DNA from: Mobula hypostoma
Lineage: Eukaryota
DNA: 64,000 nucleotides
Direction: 5' to 3'
Assembly (NCBI RefSeq): GCF_963921235.1
Contig: NC_086097.1
Span: 60,824,001-60,888,000 of the forward strand
Shown here in pieces: positions 1-11,529 of this stretch; positions within the stretch are counted from its first letter, which is position 1; each line of letters begins with the position of its first letter. The notes under the pieces are model-generated. The model saw only the letters and a list, made by a program, of their open reading frames with translations, ran no database searches and was not told the origin of the DNA. Made by a program: the position numbers and the translations under genes.

Positions 1-2358
1 TGACTCTCATTAACTTGTGCACCTCTATCAAGTCACCGCTCAACCTCCGTCACTCCAAGGAGAAAAGGCCAAGTTCACTCAACCTGTTCTCATAAGGCAT
101 GCTCCCCAATCCAGGCAATATCCTTGTAAGTCTCCTCTGCACTCTTTCTATGGATTCTACATCCTTCCTATAGTGAGGCGACCAGAATTGAGCACCGTGC
201 TCCAAGCGAGGTCTGACCAGGGTCCTATATAGCTGCATCATTAACTCTCGGCTCTTAAACTCAATCCCATGATTGATGAAGGCCAATGGAAACTATGCCT
301 CCTTAACCACAAAATCAACCTGTGTAGCAGGTTTGAGTGTCCTATGGACTCAGACTCCAAGATCCCTCTGATCCTCCACACTACCAAGAGTCTTACCATT
401 AATGTTATATTCTGCCATCATATTTGACTTACCAAAATGAACCACCTCATACTTAGCAACACACATCAAAGTTGCTGGTGAATGCAGCAGGCCAGGCAGC
501 ATCTTTAGGAAGAGGTACAGTCGACGTTTTGGGCCAAGACACTTCATCTGGACTGACGAAGGGTCTTGGCCCGAAACGTTGACTGTACCTGTTCCTAGAG
601 ATGCTGCCTGGCCTGCTGCATTCACCAGCAACTTTGATGTGTGTTGCTTGAATTTCCAGCATCTGCAGATTTCCTCATGTTTGCACTTCATACTTACCTG
701 GATTGAACTCCATCTGCCACTTCTCAGCCCAGTTTTGCATCCTATCACTGTCCCAATGTAACATCTGACAGCCCTCCACACTATCCACAACACCTCCAAC
801 CTTTGTGTCATCAGCAGATTTACTAACCCATCCCTCCACTTCTTCATCTAGGTCATTTATAAAAATCACAAAGAGAAGGGGGTCCCAGAACAGATCCCTG
901 AGGCACACCACTGGTCACCAACCTCCATGCAGAATATGACCCATCCACAACCACTCTTTGCCTTCTGTGGGCAAGCCATTTCTGGATCCACAAGGCAATG
1001 CTCCCTTGGATCCCATATCTCTTTACTTTCTCAATAAGCCTTGCATGGTGTACCTTATCAAATGCCTTGCTAAAATCCATATGCGCTACATCTATGGCTC
1101 TACCTTCATCAATGTGCTTAGTCACATCTTCAAAAAATACAACCAGGCTCGTAAGGCGCAACGTGCCTTTGACAAAGCCATGCTGCGTATTCCTAATCAT
1201 ATTATGCCTTTCCAAATGTTCATAAATCCTCCCCAGGATCTTCTCCATCAACTTACCAGCCACTGAAGTAAGACTCACTGGCCTATAATTTCCTGGGCTA
1301 TCCCTACTCCCTTTCTTGAATAAGGGAACAACTTCTGCAACTCTCCAATCCTCCAGAACTTCTCCCATCCTCATTGATGATGCAAAGGTCAATGCCAGAG
1401 GCTCAGCAATCTCCTCCCTCGCTCCCAATGTAGTTTGGGATACATCCTGTCCGGTCTTAGTTAATTATCCAACTTGATGCTTTCCAAAAACTCCAGCACA
1501 TCCTATTTCTTAATATCTACATTCTCAAGCTTTTCAGTCCACTGCAAGTCATCCCTACAATCACCAAGATCCTTTTCCGTAGTGAATACTGAAGCAAAGT
1601 ATTTATTAAGTACCTCTGGTTCCATATACACTTTTCCATTGTCACACTTGATTGGTCCTATTCACTCACCTCTTATCCTCTTGCTCTTCACATACTTGTA
1701 GAATGCCTTTGGGTTTTTCTTAATCCTGTCCGCCAAGGCCTTCTCGTGGCCCCTTCTGGCTCTACTAATTTCATTCTTAAGCTCCTTCCTGCTAGCCTTA
1801 TAATCTTCTAGATTCATATCATTACCTAATTTTTTGAATCTTTCGTAAGCTCTTCTTTTCTTCTTGAATAGATTTACAACAGCCTTTGTGCACCACGGAT
1901 CTTGGACCCTACCATCCTTTCCATGTCTGATCGGAACGTACCTACTCAGAACCCCACTCAAATATCCCCTGGACATTTGCCACATTTCTTCTGTACGTTT
2001 CCCTGAGAATATCTGTTTCCAATTTATCCTTCCAAGTTTCTGCCTGATAGCCTCATCGTTCCCCTTACTCCAATTAAACGTTTCTCTAACTTGTCTGTTC
2101 CCATCTCTCTCCAACGCTATGGTAAAGGAGATAGAATTGTGATCACTATCTCCAAAATGCTCTCCCACTGAGAGTCCTGACACCTGACGTGGTTCATTTC
2201 CCAATACCAGAGCAAGTACAGCCTCTCCTCTTGTAGGCATATCTACATATTGTGTCAAGGAACCTTCCTGAACACACCTAACAAACTCTACCCCTTCTAA
2301 ACCCCTCACTCTGGGGAGATGCCAATCAATATTTGGGAAATTAAAATCTCCCACCAGA
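1..2358 (-). mobile_element. CR1 LINE, fragmented ORF2 (APE C-terminal part plus RT), runs off the window start
   Basis: ORF fragments [71 protein letters not shown]; several frameshifts. Confidence 0.95.
456..683. mobile_element. Penelope-like pLTR fold-back insertion with hammerhead motif, nested in CR1
   Basis: Near-perfect inverted arms 456-~548 and 553-648; TSD CACCTCATACTTA (443-455) / CACTTCATACTTA (684-696); CTGACGA-AGGG-TCTTGG-CCC-GAAACGTT at 553-580. Confidence 0.85.
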
Positions 2359-2565
2359 ACATCTTTAGTCCTTTTGAGTTACTTTTATCTTTAGTCTGTT
2401 GGAGTTACTTTCTCTCAAAATGTACATTCCTGACATAGTATCTTATTTGTTGCTCCAGATCTCAGCATTTGCACTCCACTTGTGTTTCCATGAGAATTCT
2501 CACCACTTGTGTTGCCAGCTTCAATTTCAGACACACTCTCAGTGCCTCAACCCCACCTGAATATA

Positions 2566-2588
2566 TCTCTCTCTCTCTCTCTCTCTCA

Positions 2589-2621
<33 letters not shown>
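2566..2621. repeat. Compound (TC)n(CA)n microsatellite
   Basis: Direct reading. Confidence 0.98.
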
Positions 2622-2625
<4 letters not shown>

Positions 2626-3114
2626 CTGCTCGCGCGTTTATCTAATAAATAAGAACTTCTTCTTGCCGTTTCCTTCAAAAGAAAAACAGGACCCATAAAT
2701 TTTAGAAATATATACAAATATGGAGTAAAAACACGGTTAATGTGAGTTGCCTTGAAGCATAACACATCTGAAGACCTCCAAGATCCTTTTTTTATGGCAG
2801 CCAAGGAGCTTCTGTAGGAAAGGTTGCCATGGAGTTGAAGAGAAATGCAGTGTTCCTAAGAGGTACATACTGTATATCATTAGTGCATCTGACACCCTAA
2901 TTACTCCTCTGTGATCACCTCCACAGCTCAGTACTATGCAGCAGGTACCCAGCACTAACATTCTCGTGGACTCTTCTCTCTGGAAGCAGCCACAGCTTTA
3001 TAAATCTCTCCGGATGCACTTGGAATACTTGTCACCCCATTATAAGCAGAAGGGCAAAGCTTTGGAAAGGGCAGAAAAGGTTTAGCAGAATGCTGCCTGG
3101 ATTAAAGGATAATT

Positions 3115-3370
3115 AATTTTTTTTGTAAATTTAGAGATAAAGCACCGTGGTAGTCCTTTGTGGTCCAATGAGCCCACGCCACCCCCCCCCCATTACATCC
3201 ATGTAGCTAATTTGCTGACTAAGCAGTACATCTTTGGAATGTGGGAGGGAATTGGAGCACACAGAGGGAACCTTTCATTGCACGTGGACTCCTTACAGAC
3301 GGTGCTAGAACTGAACCCAGGTTGCTGGGACTGTAATAGAGTTACATTAACCACGTTGTCACTGTGATGC
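3115..3370 (-). mobile_element. tRNA-derived V-SINE (elasmobranch HE1-like), degenerate
   Basis: Reverse complement of the head/V-core/tail seen in the + copies at 22375 and 59995. Confidence 0.7.
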
Positions 3371-3525
3371 CCCTATAAAAAATGTGCTATAAATAGAAGT
3401 TAGGCAATCTTGGGTATACTTCTTTGAAGTATCACAGGCTGAGGGAAGATCTGATCGAAGTTCATATGGCACAGACAAAGTAGGCAGGCATGATCTTTTT
3501 CCCAGGGTTGAAATGTCTAGTACCA

Positions 3526-5285
3526 AAAACATTTAATACCCAACCTGTCCCATTCTTTAAAAACTTAATCAGTCATGGAGGTTTTTAAAAAATAGAATAA
3601 ATGGGACTAGAAAGTGAAAATCTCAATAAACCAAAATGTTTTCTAAATTGTATCCAGATCCTCAGAGTATGTTTAACTATTAAATTATCGGTTAGTTTAC
3701 TTACAAATAAAGGAAGTGAGGATCCAAGAAGAGAAATAATAGAAAATGTATTAACAGAGTTAGCTTCTGAAGAAACCCATACCGGACAGTCTACACGATT
3801 AACATAATATAGCCAAAACATAAGACATCATATATTAACTGCCCAGTAATAAAACCTAAAATTAGATAAGGCCAAACCTCCAGATTTTTTAGATTTTTGA
3901 AGATGAACTTTATTTAAACGAGGACATTTATTTTTCCATAAATAGGAGAATAAAATAGATTCAAGAGAGTCAAAAAAGTATTTAAGAATAAAAACAGGTA
4001 AAGCCTGAAAAAGATAAATAAATTTAAATAGAATATTTATTTTAATAGAATTAATTTGTCCAATCAATGATATTGAAAGAGGTGACCAATTTAATGATAT
4101 CTTTTTTACGTTCTTCAATAAAGTACGAAAGTTTTCTTTAAACAGTTTTCTTTTTGTTTTTGGGATCTGTTTGTTGGAGGAAATCTTTTCTCATCTGAGC
4201 AATTGTCAGCTAAATATAGCTTACCCAAAACTCACTTTTTTAGATATCTACAAATCAGAGACTTTCTAAGATCTCAATTATGCACATTTCCTATAAGCAC
4301 AGATAAGAAATTACTAGACATAATTTTTAATTTGACACCTTTTCATAATGGTTCAGTATCTAATATTTATGGCATGTTACTGGAGACAAGGAATGTTCCT
4401 TTAGACAAAATTAAGAATCTCTGGGAACAAGATTTACAGACATCAATATCTGAGGAAACTTGGAATGAAATTTTTAAATTGGTTAATACTTCATCGCTAT
4501 GTGCTCGCCATTCCCTTATACAATTTAAGGTGGTACAGAGAGTCCATATGATTAAAGATAAGCTATCTTGTTTTTATTCGGATATATCTCCCTATTGTGA
4601 CAGATATAATAAAATATGTTTTGGACTTGTCCATGTCTTGAAAAATATTGGAAGGAAGATTTTCAAACTTTTTCTTTACTTTTCAAAGTCAATTTTAAGC
4701 TTAGTCCTTTGACAGCCCTATTCGGTATTGTTGCAGGACAAGATATCAAGCTGAAGACATCTGATTTACATATTTTGGCCGTTAGCTGTCTTACAGCTAG
4801 GAAGGCACTTTTGTTTAAATGGAAAGATATATTTCCTCCTACTCACGTTCAATGGCTATGTGACATTATGTTATGCTTAGATTTACAGGAGATTCACTGT
4901 TCAATTTCTGAATCTCGTCAAGACTTTCAAACATTGTGGGGACCCTTTCTGAATTATTTTCAAAACTTTCAAAACCCCCAATTCATTGTTTAAATTCAGA
5001 TGTTGGCTATTAATAAATTTTTTTATATGAGAAGTTAGTTTACCTTTTTTCTCCTTAAGAAACAGCTTTGGTCTTGGTAGGGGTTGGACTCCTTTTTTTG
5101 TAATAAATTAGTTTATTTCAAAATAACTATTGACTAACTTACTTGAATACATGGTAATGAGATCGTTATTATGAATAGATATAATGTAATTGGTAGTTTT
5201 TAAAAAATCTCGTTTTGACCTTTTATATACACTTTCTTGTACTCTGTATTCTTCTATGTAGAAACTAATAAAAATTTTGAAAGAA
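3526..5285 (+). mobile_element. L1 LINE, 5'-truncated, with 5' inversion (3526-~4150 inverted, ~4160-5285 sense)
   Basis: L1 ORF2 C-terminal motifs (LSISLIGQINSIK, GGLALSNFRFYYWA, MFWTCP); AATAAA and A-rich end; 15-bp TSD AAATGTCTAGTACCA at 3511-3525 and 5286-5300. Confidence 0.92.
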
Positions 5286-6529
5286 AAATGTCTAGTACCA
5301 GAGGGTATGTATTTAAGGTGAGAGGGAGTAAGTTCAAAGGAGGTGTGCAAGGCAATATTTTTACATAGAGACTGGTGGAGGGTGACTGGAATGCACTGCC
5401 CAATGTGGTGGTGAAGGTAAATACAATATAGGCATTTAAGAGGCTTTTAGATAGGCAGATGTATATGCAAGCAATGAAAGGATATGGACGTTGTCTGGGC
5501 AGAAGTAATCAATTTAGTAGCCATTTGATTACTTATTTAATTAGTTTGGCACATCATTTTGGGTTGAAGATTCCGTTCTAAGTTCTTGTTCAGCACAGTG
5601 AATTATACAGATGTGGGTCAGCATATTATACAGATCTAATTCAGCTAGAAATGTGCTGATGAAGAAATACTGTCGCTGACACTTGTAGAAAGCAATACAT
5701 TGACAGGACCTCAAAGTCAAATCTTCTTGCCAATGTGCTGCTGCGTTTGCTCCTTGTTTTGTTAAGGTCACAGGCCAAATGTTTAGCATTTAATTTCTGT
5801 CAGCAAGTTGATGCTGTGCACCAGCTGGTACATTTATATGTGCATCTGGTGCTGGGCAAACACGGCACATGCTGGCTCAGGTTAATCGCACCTGGAAATG
5901 CCCAAGCCAATTTCCTGAGGGTGGCCATGCTGCATGAGTGCTTGGCTCTATGAAAACCATTCTTTTGGAATCTGGTCTAATTCTGTCAAATAAAGTCAAT
6001 AATTTAATGGAATGGAGGCTTTATTATAGTGGCAAGTAACACAGTCAAAAAGAAAGGAACTCTAACTTATGGAGCCAATTGTTGTGTAATTAATCCTACA
6101 CTTATTCCACTTATTGGGGTCTCTTACAAGTTGATGATAGGCTTGGGTTCACAATCTTTCAGGCATAGGTTGCTGAGAGATAGACCCAAAGCACTTGATT
6201 TTATACATGTGCAGAAAAGTGCATTCTTATCTTCTAAATGCATACCATTCTCCTAATAACTGGACACTACAAGGTCAGTAGATGCATACTTACAGTACAT
6301 TGCTAAATTATTGGTTCAAGGCACCACACCATTGTTCTAGCAAATCTCATTAGCATGCTCAAGACTTATAGCTAACCCTTTATAGACTGGGCTATTTGAC
6401 CCAGAATTATCACAGAAAAAAAAACATACCTAATGGACTCAAATTTGAGGAAGAAATGAGGTAGCAAATCATTGAAGAAGTTGATGGAACAAATGACCAA
6501 GTGTTTGGTCAGAGAGACATAACAAACTG

Positions 6530-6675
6530 TAAATGGTGGAATTTGAAGCAACAAACAAACTGTTGGGGGAACCCTGTATCAGGACTCAAACCAAAATGTC
6601 CATATCTCCTTTATCCGCACTGATGCTGCTCAACCTGCTGAATTCCTCCAGCAGATTGCTTGTTGCTCCTGGTTT
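6530..6675. mobile_element. Degenerate Penelope pLTR fold-back relic
   Basis: AGCAACAAACAAACTGTTGG ... CCAGCAGATTGCTTGTTGCT inverted arms, similar to 456-683. Confidence 0.6.
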
Positions 6676-7329
6676 AAAATGCAGTAATAGGTGAGGGTGA
6701 AAAATGAGGGAGCAAAAAGATTTTGGAAGGGAATTACAGAGCTTTGTCTCTCGAGAACAATTGACATAGCTGCCTGTGGTACAACAATTTAAATTTGGGA
6801 TGGACAAGAAGACAAAGTTGGAATAAACACAATCTCATTTTAATTTCAGAAAGCAGAACTTTGAAAATCAGAGCAAAACTCAGTCAGCAAGAAAAACATG
6901 GCAGTTGGACTTCTAAATGCAGTTCTTCACTGCCAATAGCTAGGATTTCAGCAGAGATATTATTTGCTCCTAAGGCCTAGTTATTTTTATGTTGTGATAG
7001 GGCATTTTTGACTTTGTGTTGGTCAGAACAGTAGCAAGGCTGGGCTGAATAGATTGCAGTGGATTGGAAAAAAGAGCACTCAGAGTTATAGTTGAGGAAG
7101 TCTTTGAAATCTTCTTTCCAGCAGGCATTGATCCCCTAATCATCAGGGAGACTTTCACCAGGCTAGCTTGAAGAAATCTCTGACCAATTACCACCAGTAT
7201 GTCATCTGCAGAACCAGAGCAGCCAACACACCCAATCATGGCAATGCCACCATCAAGAATGCTTCCTGTGCCATCCCATATCTGCACTTAGGCAAGTCAG
7301 ATCACTTGCCTTTACTTCTGTTACTTACA

Positions 7330-7779
7330 GACCATTTACACCACATGCTGCATCAGTAAAGCAAACAACATTATAAAGGACCCCACACACCCCTCATACA
7401 AACTCTTCTCCCTCCTGCCATCTGGCAAAAGGCACCAAAGTATCTGGGCTCTCATGACCAGACTATGTAACAGTTTCTTCCCTCAAGCCATCAGAATCCT
7501 CAATACCCAGATCCTGGACTGACACCAACCTACTGCCCTCTACTGTGCCTATTGTCTTGTTTATTATTTATCGTAATGTCTGCACCGTTTTGTGCACTTT
7601 ATGCAGTCCTGGGTAGGTCTGTAGTCTAGTGTAGTTTTTGTGTTGTTTTACTTAGTTCAGTGTAGTTTTTGTATTGTTTCATGTAGCATCATGGTCCTGA
7701 AAAACCTTGTCTCGCTTTTACTGTGTACTATGCCAGCAGTTATGGTCGAAATGGCAATAAAAAGTAACTTGACTTGACT
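7330..7779 (+). mobile_element. Rex1/Babar 3' fragment nested in the older Rex1/Babar
   Basis: IIKDPTHPSYKLFSLLPSGKR C-terminus; AATAAA and (CTTGA)n tail. Confidence 0.8.
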
Positions 7780-8064
7780 GAGGACTGTAGCACTAGTGGT
7801 GAAGACTGTGAAGATGTGGCAAAGGGAGGTGCAGGAGTATTTACAGCATACTTTGAATTGGTGAATTAAACCATATTCAGGGATTCATCTTCAGATCTGA
7901 ATGAATATGCCATGGCCATTTCTGACTTTGTTAAGGATCAGTGTGAGATTTTGAGGACATACCAAGTTTTCCCAAACCTGAAGCCCTGGATGAACCAGAA
8001 GATTTACAGTCTGCTGAAGGCTAGATTTATCCTGGTCCAGTTCTGATTCAAGATCCTATTAGAA

Positions 8065-9458
8065 GTTTCTGGTTTCTCTTTTAAGATGGTGCTACTGAAG
8101 ATGCGTGACAGTTACTGGTAAATCTTAAGTCAAGAGATTCAACTAAAATCATCACTTATAACATCTTTTCTGAAGCAAATTGTGGTGAACTATCACTGCA
8201 AACAGTGAGGAGAGAGGTGGAGGCGAGGCTGTTTTGCGGAATGAGTCATGTTGGGGCATTGCAAGGTGCAATGTGTTCAGGCTGTAGACAGAGGCTGAGT
8301 TTGTATCACTGCCAGAAATGGAGTGAGAGATTTGGAGAAAAGTTGATCCAGAGGAGTTTCGATGCCCGTCCACCTCAACCAGGCGTGAGTTTAGAGCACT
8401 CCAAGCGCTGAGACAATTTGGTGAGGTCAAGAATGGATTCAGGCTGGGTGGCCCAAGCGTATTGGTATGCCTGGATTCACGTCTGCTGTGTGGAAATACC
8501 TGGTGGTTGGACAATTTGAATGTCTGCCTAGATAGACTGGAAGCCTGAGGGTCGGGTTGACTTTGTTCACTCTCCTGCGAATGTTTATTCCTTTCTCAGT
8601 GGTGCCCATTGCTGTGCATTTCTTACCTGCTGGTGTGATGAACTGGTGTCCGAGGCTTGGCTTGGGCCTACTCCTGCTGCTCCGGAAGCAGATCTTGCAC
8701 TGTTGCCTTGCTTCTGTTGTTTGCATGATGTGTGTGTGTTTTTCTCTCTCTCTCTTTCTCTGTGCAGTGGTTTTCGTTATTTTTTACTAGATTATTTGTG
8801 TTTCTTAGACCATAAAACCATAAGAGATAGGAGCAGAATTAGGCTATTCAGCCCATTAAGTCTGCTCCACCATTTCATCATGGCTGATCCCGGATGCCAT
8901 TTAACCCCATGCACCTACCCTCTCACCATATCTCTTGATGCCCCGACCAATCAGGAATCTATCAACTTCCACTTTGAATGTACACATGGACTTAGCCTCC
9001 ACCGCAGTCTGTGGCAGAGCATTCCACAGATTCACCACTCTTAGGCTGAAAAAGAATTCCTTCTTACTTCTGTTCTAAAAGGACACCCCTAAATTTTGAG
9101 ACTGTGCCCTCTAGTTCTGAATACCCTGACCAAATGAAGCATCCTCTCCACATCCACCTTATCAAGTCCTTTCAACATTCAGTAGGTCTCAGTGAGATCC
9201 CCACACATTCTTCTAAATTCCAGTGAGTACAGGCTCAAAGCTGCTAAACACTCCTCATATGTTAACCTATCCATTCCCAGAATTATCCTTGTGAACCTCC
9301 TCTGGACTCTCTCCAATGACAACAAATCCTTTCTGAGATAAAGGGCCCACACTGTTGACAATACTCCAGTTGCGGACTGTGGATGCTTGTAAGCAGACAA
9401 ATTTCAAGGTATATAATTGATACGTTCTTTGATAGTAAATGTGTTATGAAACCTTGAA
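8065..9458 (+). mobile_element. Non-coding bipartite retroposon (LINE 5'UTR-like head plus Rex1/Babar-like tail), interrupted by CR1
   Basis: Starts near AAGATGG, no TE ORF, tail ending CCTTGAA after the CR1 insert; resembles 41035-41798. Confidence 0.55.
8806..9375 (-). mobile_element. CR1 3' fragment
   Basis: LRKDLLSLERVQRRFTRII..LYSLEFRRM; (TCTTATGG)-type tail. Confidence 0.9.
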
Positions 9459-9785
9459 GTCCAGGTGTGATCTATGGAAGGCCGTTGTGGGAACAAAAAG
9501 AAAATTGCAAATGAAGTTAGAGAATCTGATGCGCGACAGCTGTGGCAGGGTTTGCATCCTGTTAGCTCCTTTAAGGCAAAACCTAAAAGCATAATTAGCA
9601 GTGCTGTTTCACTCGATGAGCTCAGTGCCTTTTAAGCATGCTTTTAAAGGAAGAATAACATTGGCCTGTTTGAATCTCTACAGAAAAATAAACAAACTTG
9701 TGATCTTTGCCTTGGAGGCCGATGTCCGAATATCCTTCAACAGGGTTACACTCATAAGGCATCAGACTTTGGTTGTGAACCTGGG

Positions 9786-10015
9786 TGATGCACTATCAAT
9801 TACTCCAAAAGATGGAAGTAGAGTAAATAATGAAAGGCTTTTATTAGCAGAAAAATGTGACCTCGACCATGCTGATATCTGCCCTGGACAGAGAGGAGGA
9901 GCAGTGGCACAATCGCCTTTATTCAGGGGTCTGTGGGAGGAGCCACAGGAGCAGTCAGCAGAGGGGCGGCTCCAGACAGGTAACCCAGTTACAACATATA
10001 TATATGGTTACCACA
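9786..10015 (-). mobile_element. Solo LTR (230 bp, Gypsy-like)
   Basis: TG...CA termini; exact 5-bp TSD CTGGG at 9781-9785 and 10016-10020; AATAAA motifs on the - strand; interrupts the Rex1/Babar ORF. Confidence 0.85.
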
Positions 10016-10716
10016 CTGGGCTGATACTGAAAATCTTTCCCGACCAACATGCTAGAGTACTCAAGGATATCTTCACCTTAAAACTCTCACTGTTGCATTC
10101 TGAGGTTCTCAATTGCTTTAAACGTGCAGCAATATTTCTGGTCTCTAAGAAGAGCACAGTGAGCTGCCTAAAGAACCTTTGCTTGATATCACTCACATCT
10201 CTGTGGCAAAAGTGCTTCTAGTGGTTGGTCATGGCTAGAATTACCTCTTGCTTGAGCAAAGACCTAAACCCGCTGCAATTTACCTATCACCACCACAGGT
10301 TTACAAAGGATGAAATCTTTCTATCTCTCTACTTTGCTATGGAGTACGTACCTCTATAATAATATACTGTATACACCAGAATGCTCTTTCTCACTTACAG
10401 TTTGACATTCAGCATTATTCCCTCACTACTAAAAATCAAGCTTCAAAACTTGGGCTGCTGTATCACTCTCTGCAATTGAATCCTCGATTTCCTTTATGGA
10501 AGACCACAGTCAGTGCAAATTAGTAATAACATCTACTTGCTGACTATCAATACAGGCAGAAAACTCAAGAATGTGTGCTTAGACCACTGCTCTACTCTCT
10601 CTACATTCATGAATGAATGGCCAAGCACCGCTCAAGTACCACCTATAAATATTGCTGAGGGCACAACTGTTGTTTGCAGACTTTCAGATGAGGATGAGCA
10701 GGAGTACAGGAGTGAA

Positions 10717-11313
10717 CCCAATCTGCGTCGGGTTTCACCAATGTAAAATTGGGGGACCGCTTCGTTGAGCACCTCCACTCTGTCCGCCACAACAGACAGG
10801 ATCTCCCGGTAGCTACCCACTTCAATTCTGCTTCCCATTCCCATCCAGATATGTCCATACATGGCCTCCTCTACTGCCATGATGAGGCTAAACTCAGGTT
10901 GGAGGAACAACACCTCATATACCATCTAGGTAGTCTTCAGCCCCTTGGTATGAACATAGAATTCTCCAACTTCTAGTAATTCTCTCCCCCTCCCTTCCTC
11001 TATCCCTATTTCACTCTACCCCCTCCCCCAGCTCCCTCATGGTTCCGCCTCCTTCTTCTACCACCCATTGTTTTCAGGGCTATGATGTCAATGCTTCCCA
11101 TCCCCGCCCCTTTGTCTTTTAAATTACTGGTCTTTCAACTGAAGCTACAAGCATTCTTCAAATCCTTCCCCATCTTTCATTCTTCAGTCCTGACGAAGGG
11201 TTCCGGCCCGAAACGTCGTCTCATCGTTTCTGACTGATGCTGCCGGACCTGCTGAGATCATCCAGCGTACTGAAAGTGTTGCTTTGATCACACCATCTGC
11301 AGATTATTTTGTG
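10717..11313 (+). mobile_element. Penelope-like element 3' end: GIY-YIG endonuclease C-terminus, pyrimidine-rich UTR, pLTR with hammerhead motif
   Basis: GDRFVEHLHSV..PVATHFN..RLEEQHLIYHLGSLQPLGMNIEF; YIGETRRRLG inverted at 10717-10746; CAGTC-CTGACGA-AGGG-TTCCGG-CCC-GAAACGTC at 11185-11217. Confidence 0.92.
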
Positions 11314-11468
11314 ATTATATTTAAAGCACAGGTTGATAGGTTCTTGGTTAATCAGGGCTTTAAAGGTTAAGGGAAAAAGGCAGGAGAATGGGGTTGAGAG
11401 GAATAATATATGGTATCAGCCTTGATGGAATGGGTTGAGTGGCCCAATACTGCTCCTGTGTCTTATGG
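11314..11468 (+). mobile_element. CR1 3' UTR fragment
   Basis: TTTAAAGCACAGGTTGATAGGTTC...GCTCCTGTGTCTTATGG. Confidence 0.8.
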
Positions 11469-11529
11469 AACACCCATCTTAAATTCAACTACCCAGACCA
11501 GGAAGTCTTTACCTTATGTTTGCTCTGTG

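Larger units (their letters stand above)
3010..5590 (+). mobile_element. Old CR1 3' end, interrupted by a V-SINE and an L1
   Basis: CR1 C-terminal and 3' UTR-like sequence resumes on both sides of the two insertions. Confidence 0.75.
7010..10716 (+). mobile_element. Old Rex1/Babar-type LINE ORF2, broken by nested insertions
   Basis: Colinear fragments LKKSLTNYHQ..GKSDH, FPNLKPWMN, DARQLWQGL, DIFTLKLSL..CFKRA..KK, NPLQFTY. Confidence 0.8.

Noticed and set aside
2801..2862. Exon candidate ttttatggcag|...AG|gtacat
   Set aside because: Short, with two open frames and no recognisable product; phase compatibility with 17127 may be chance
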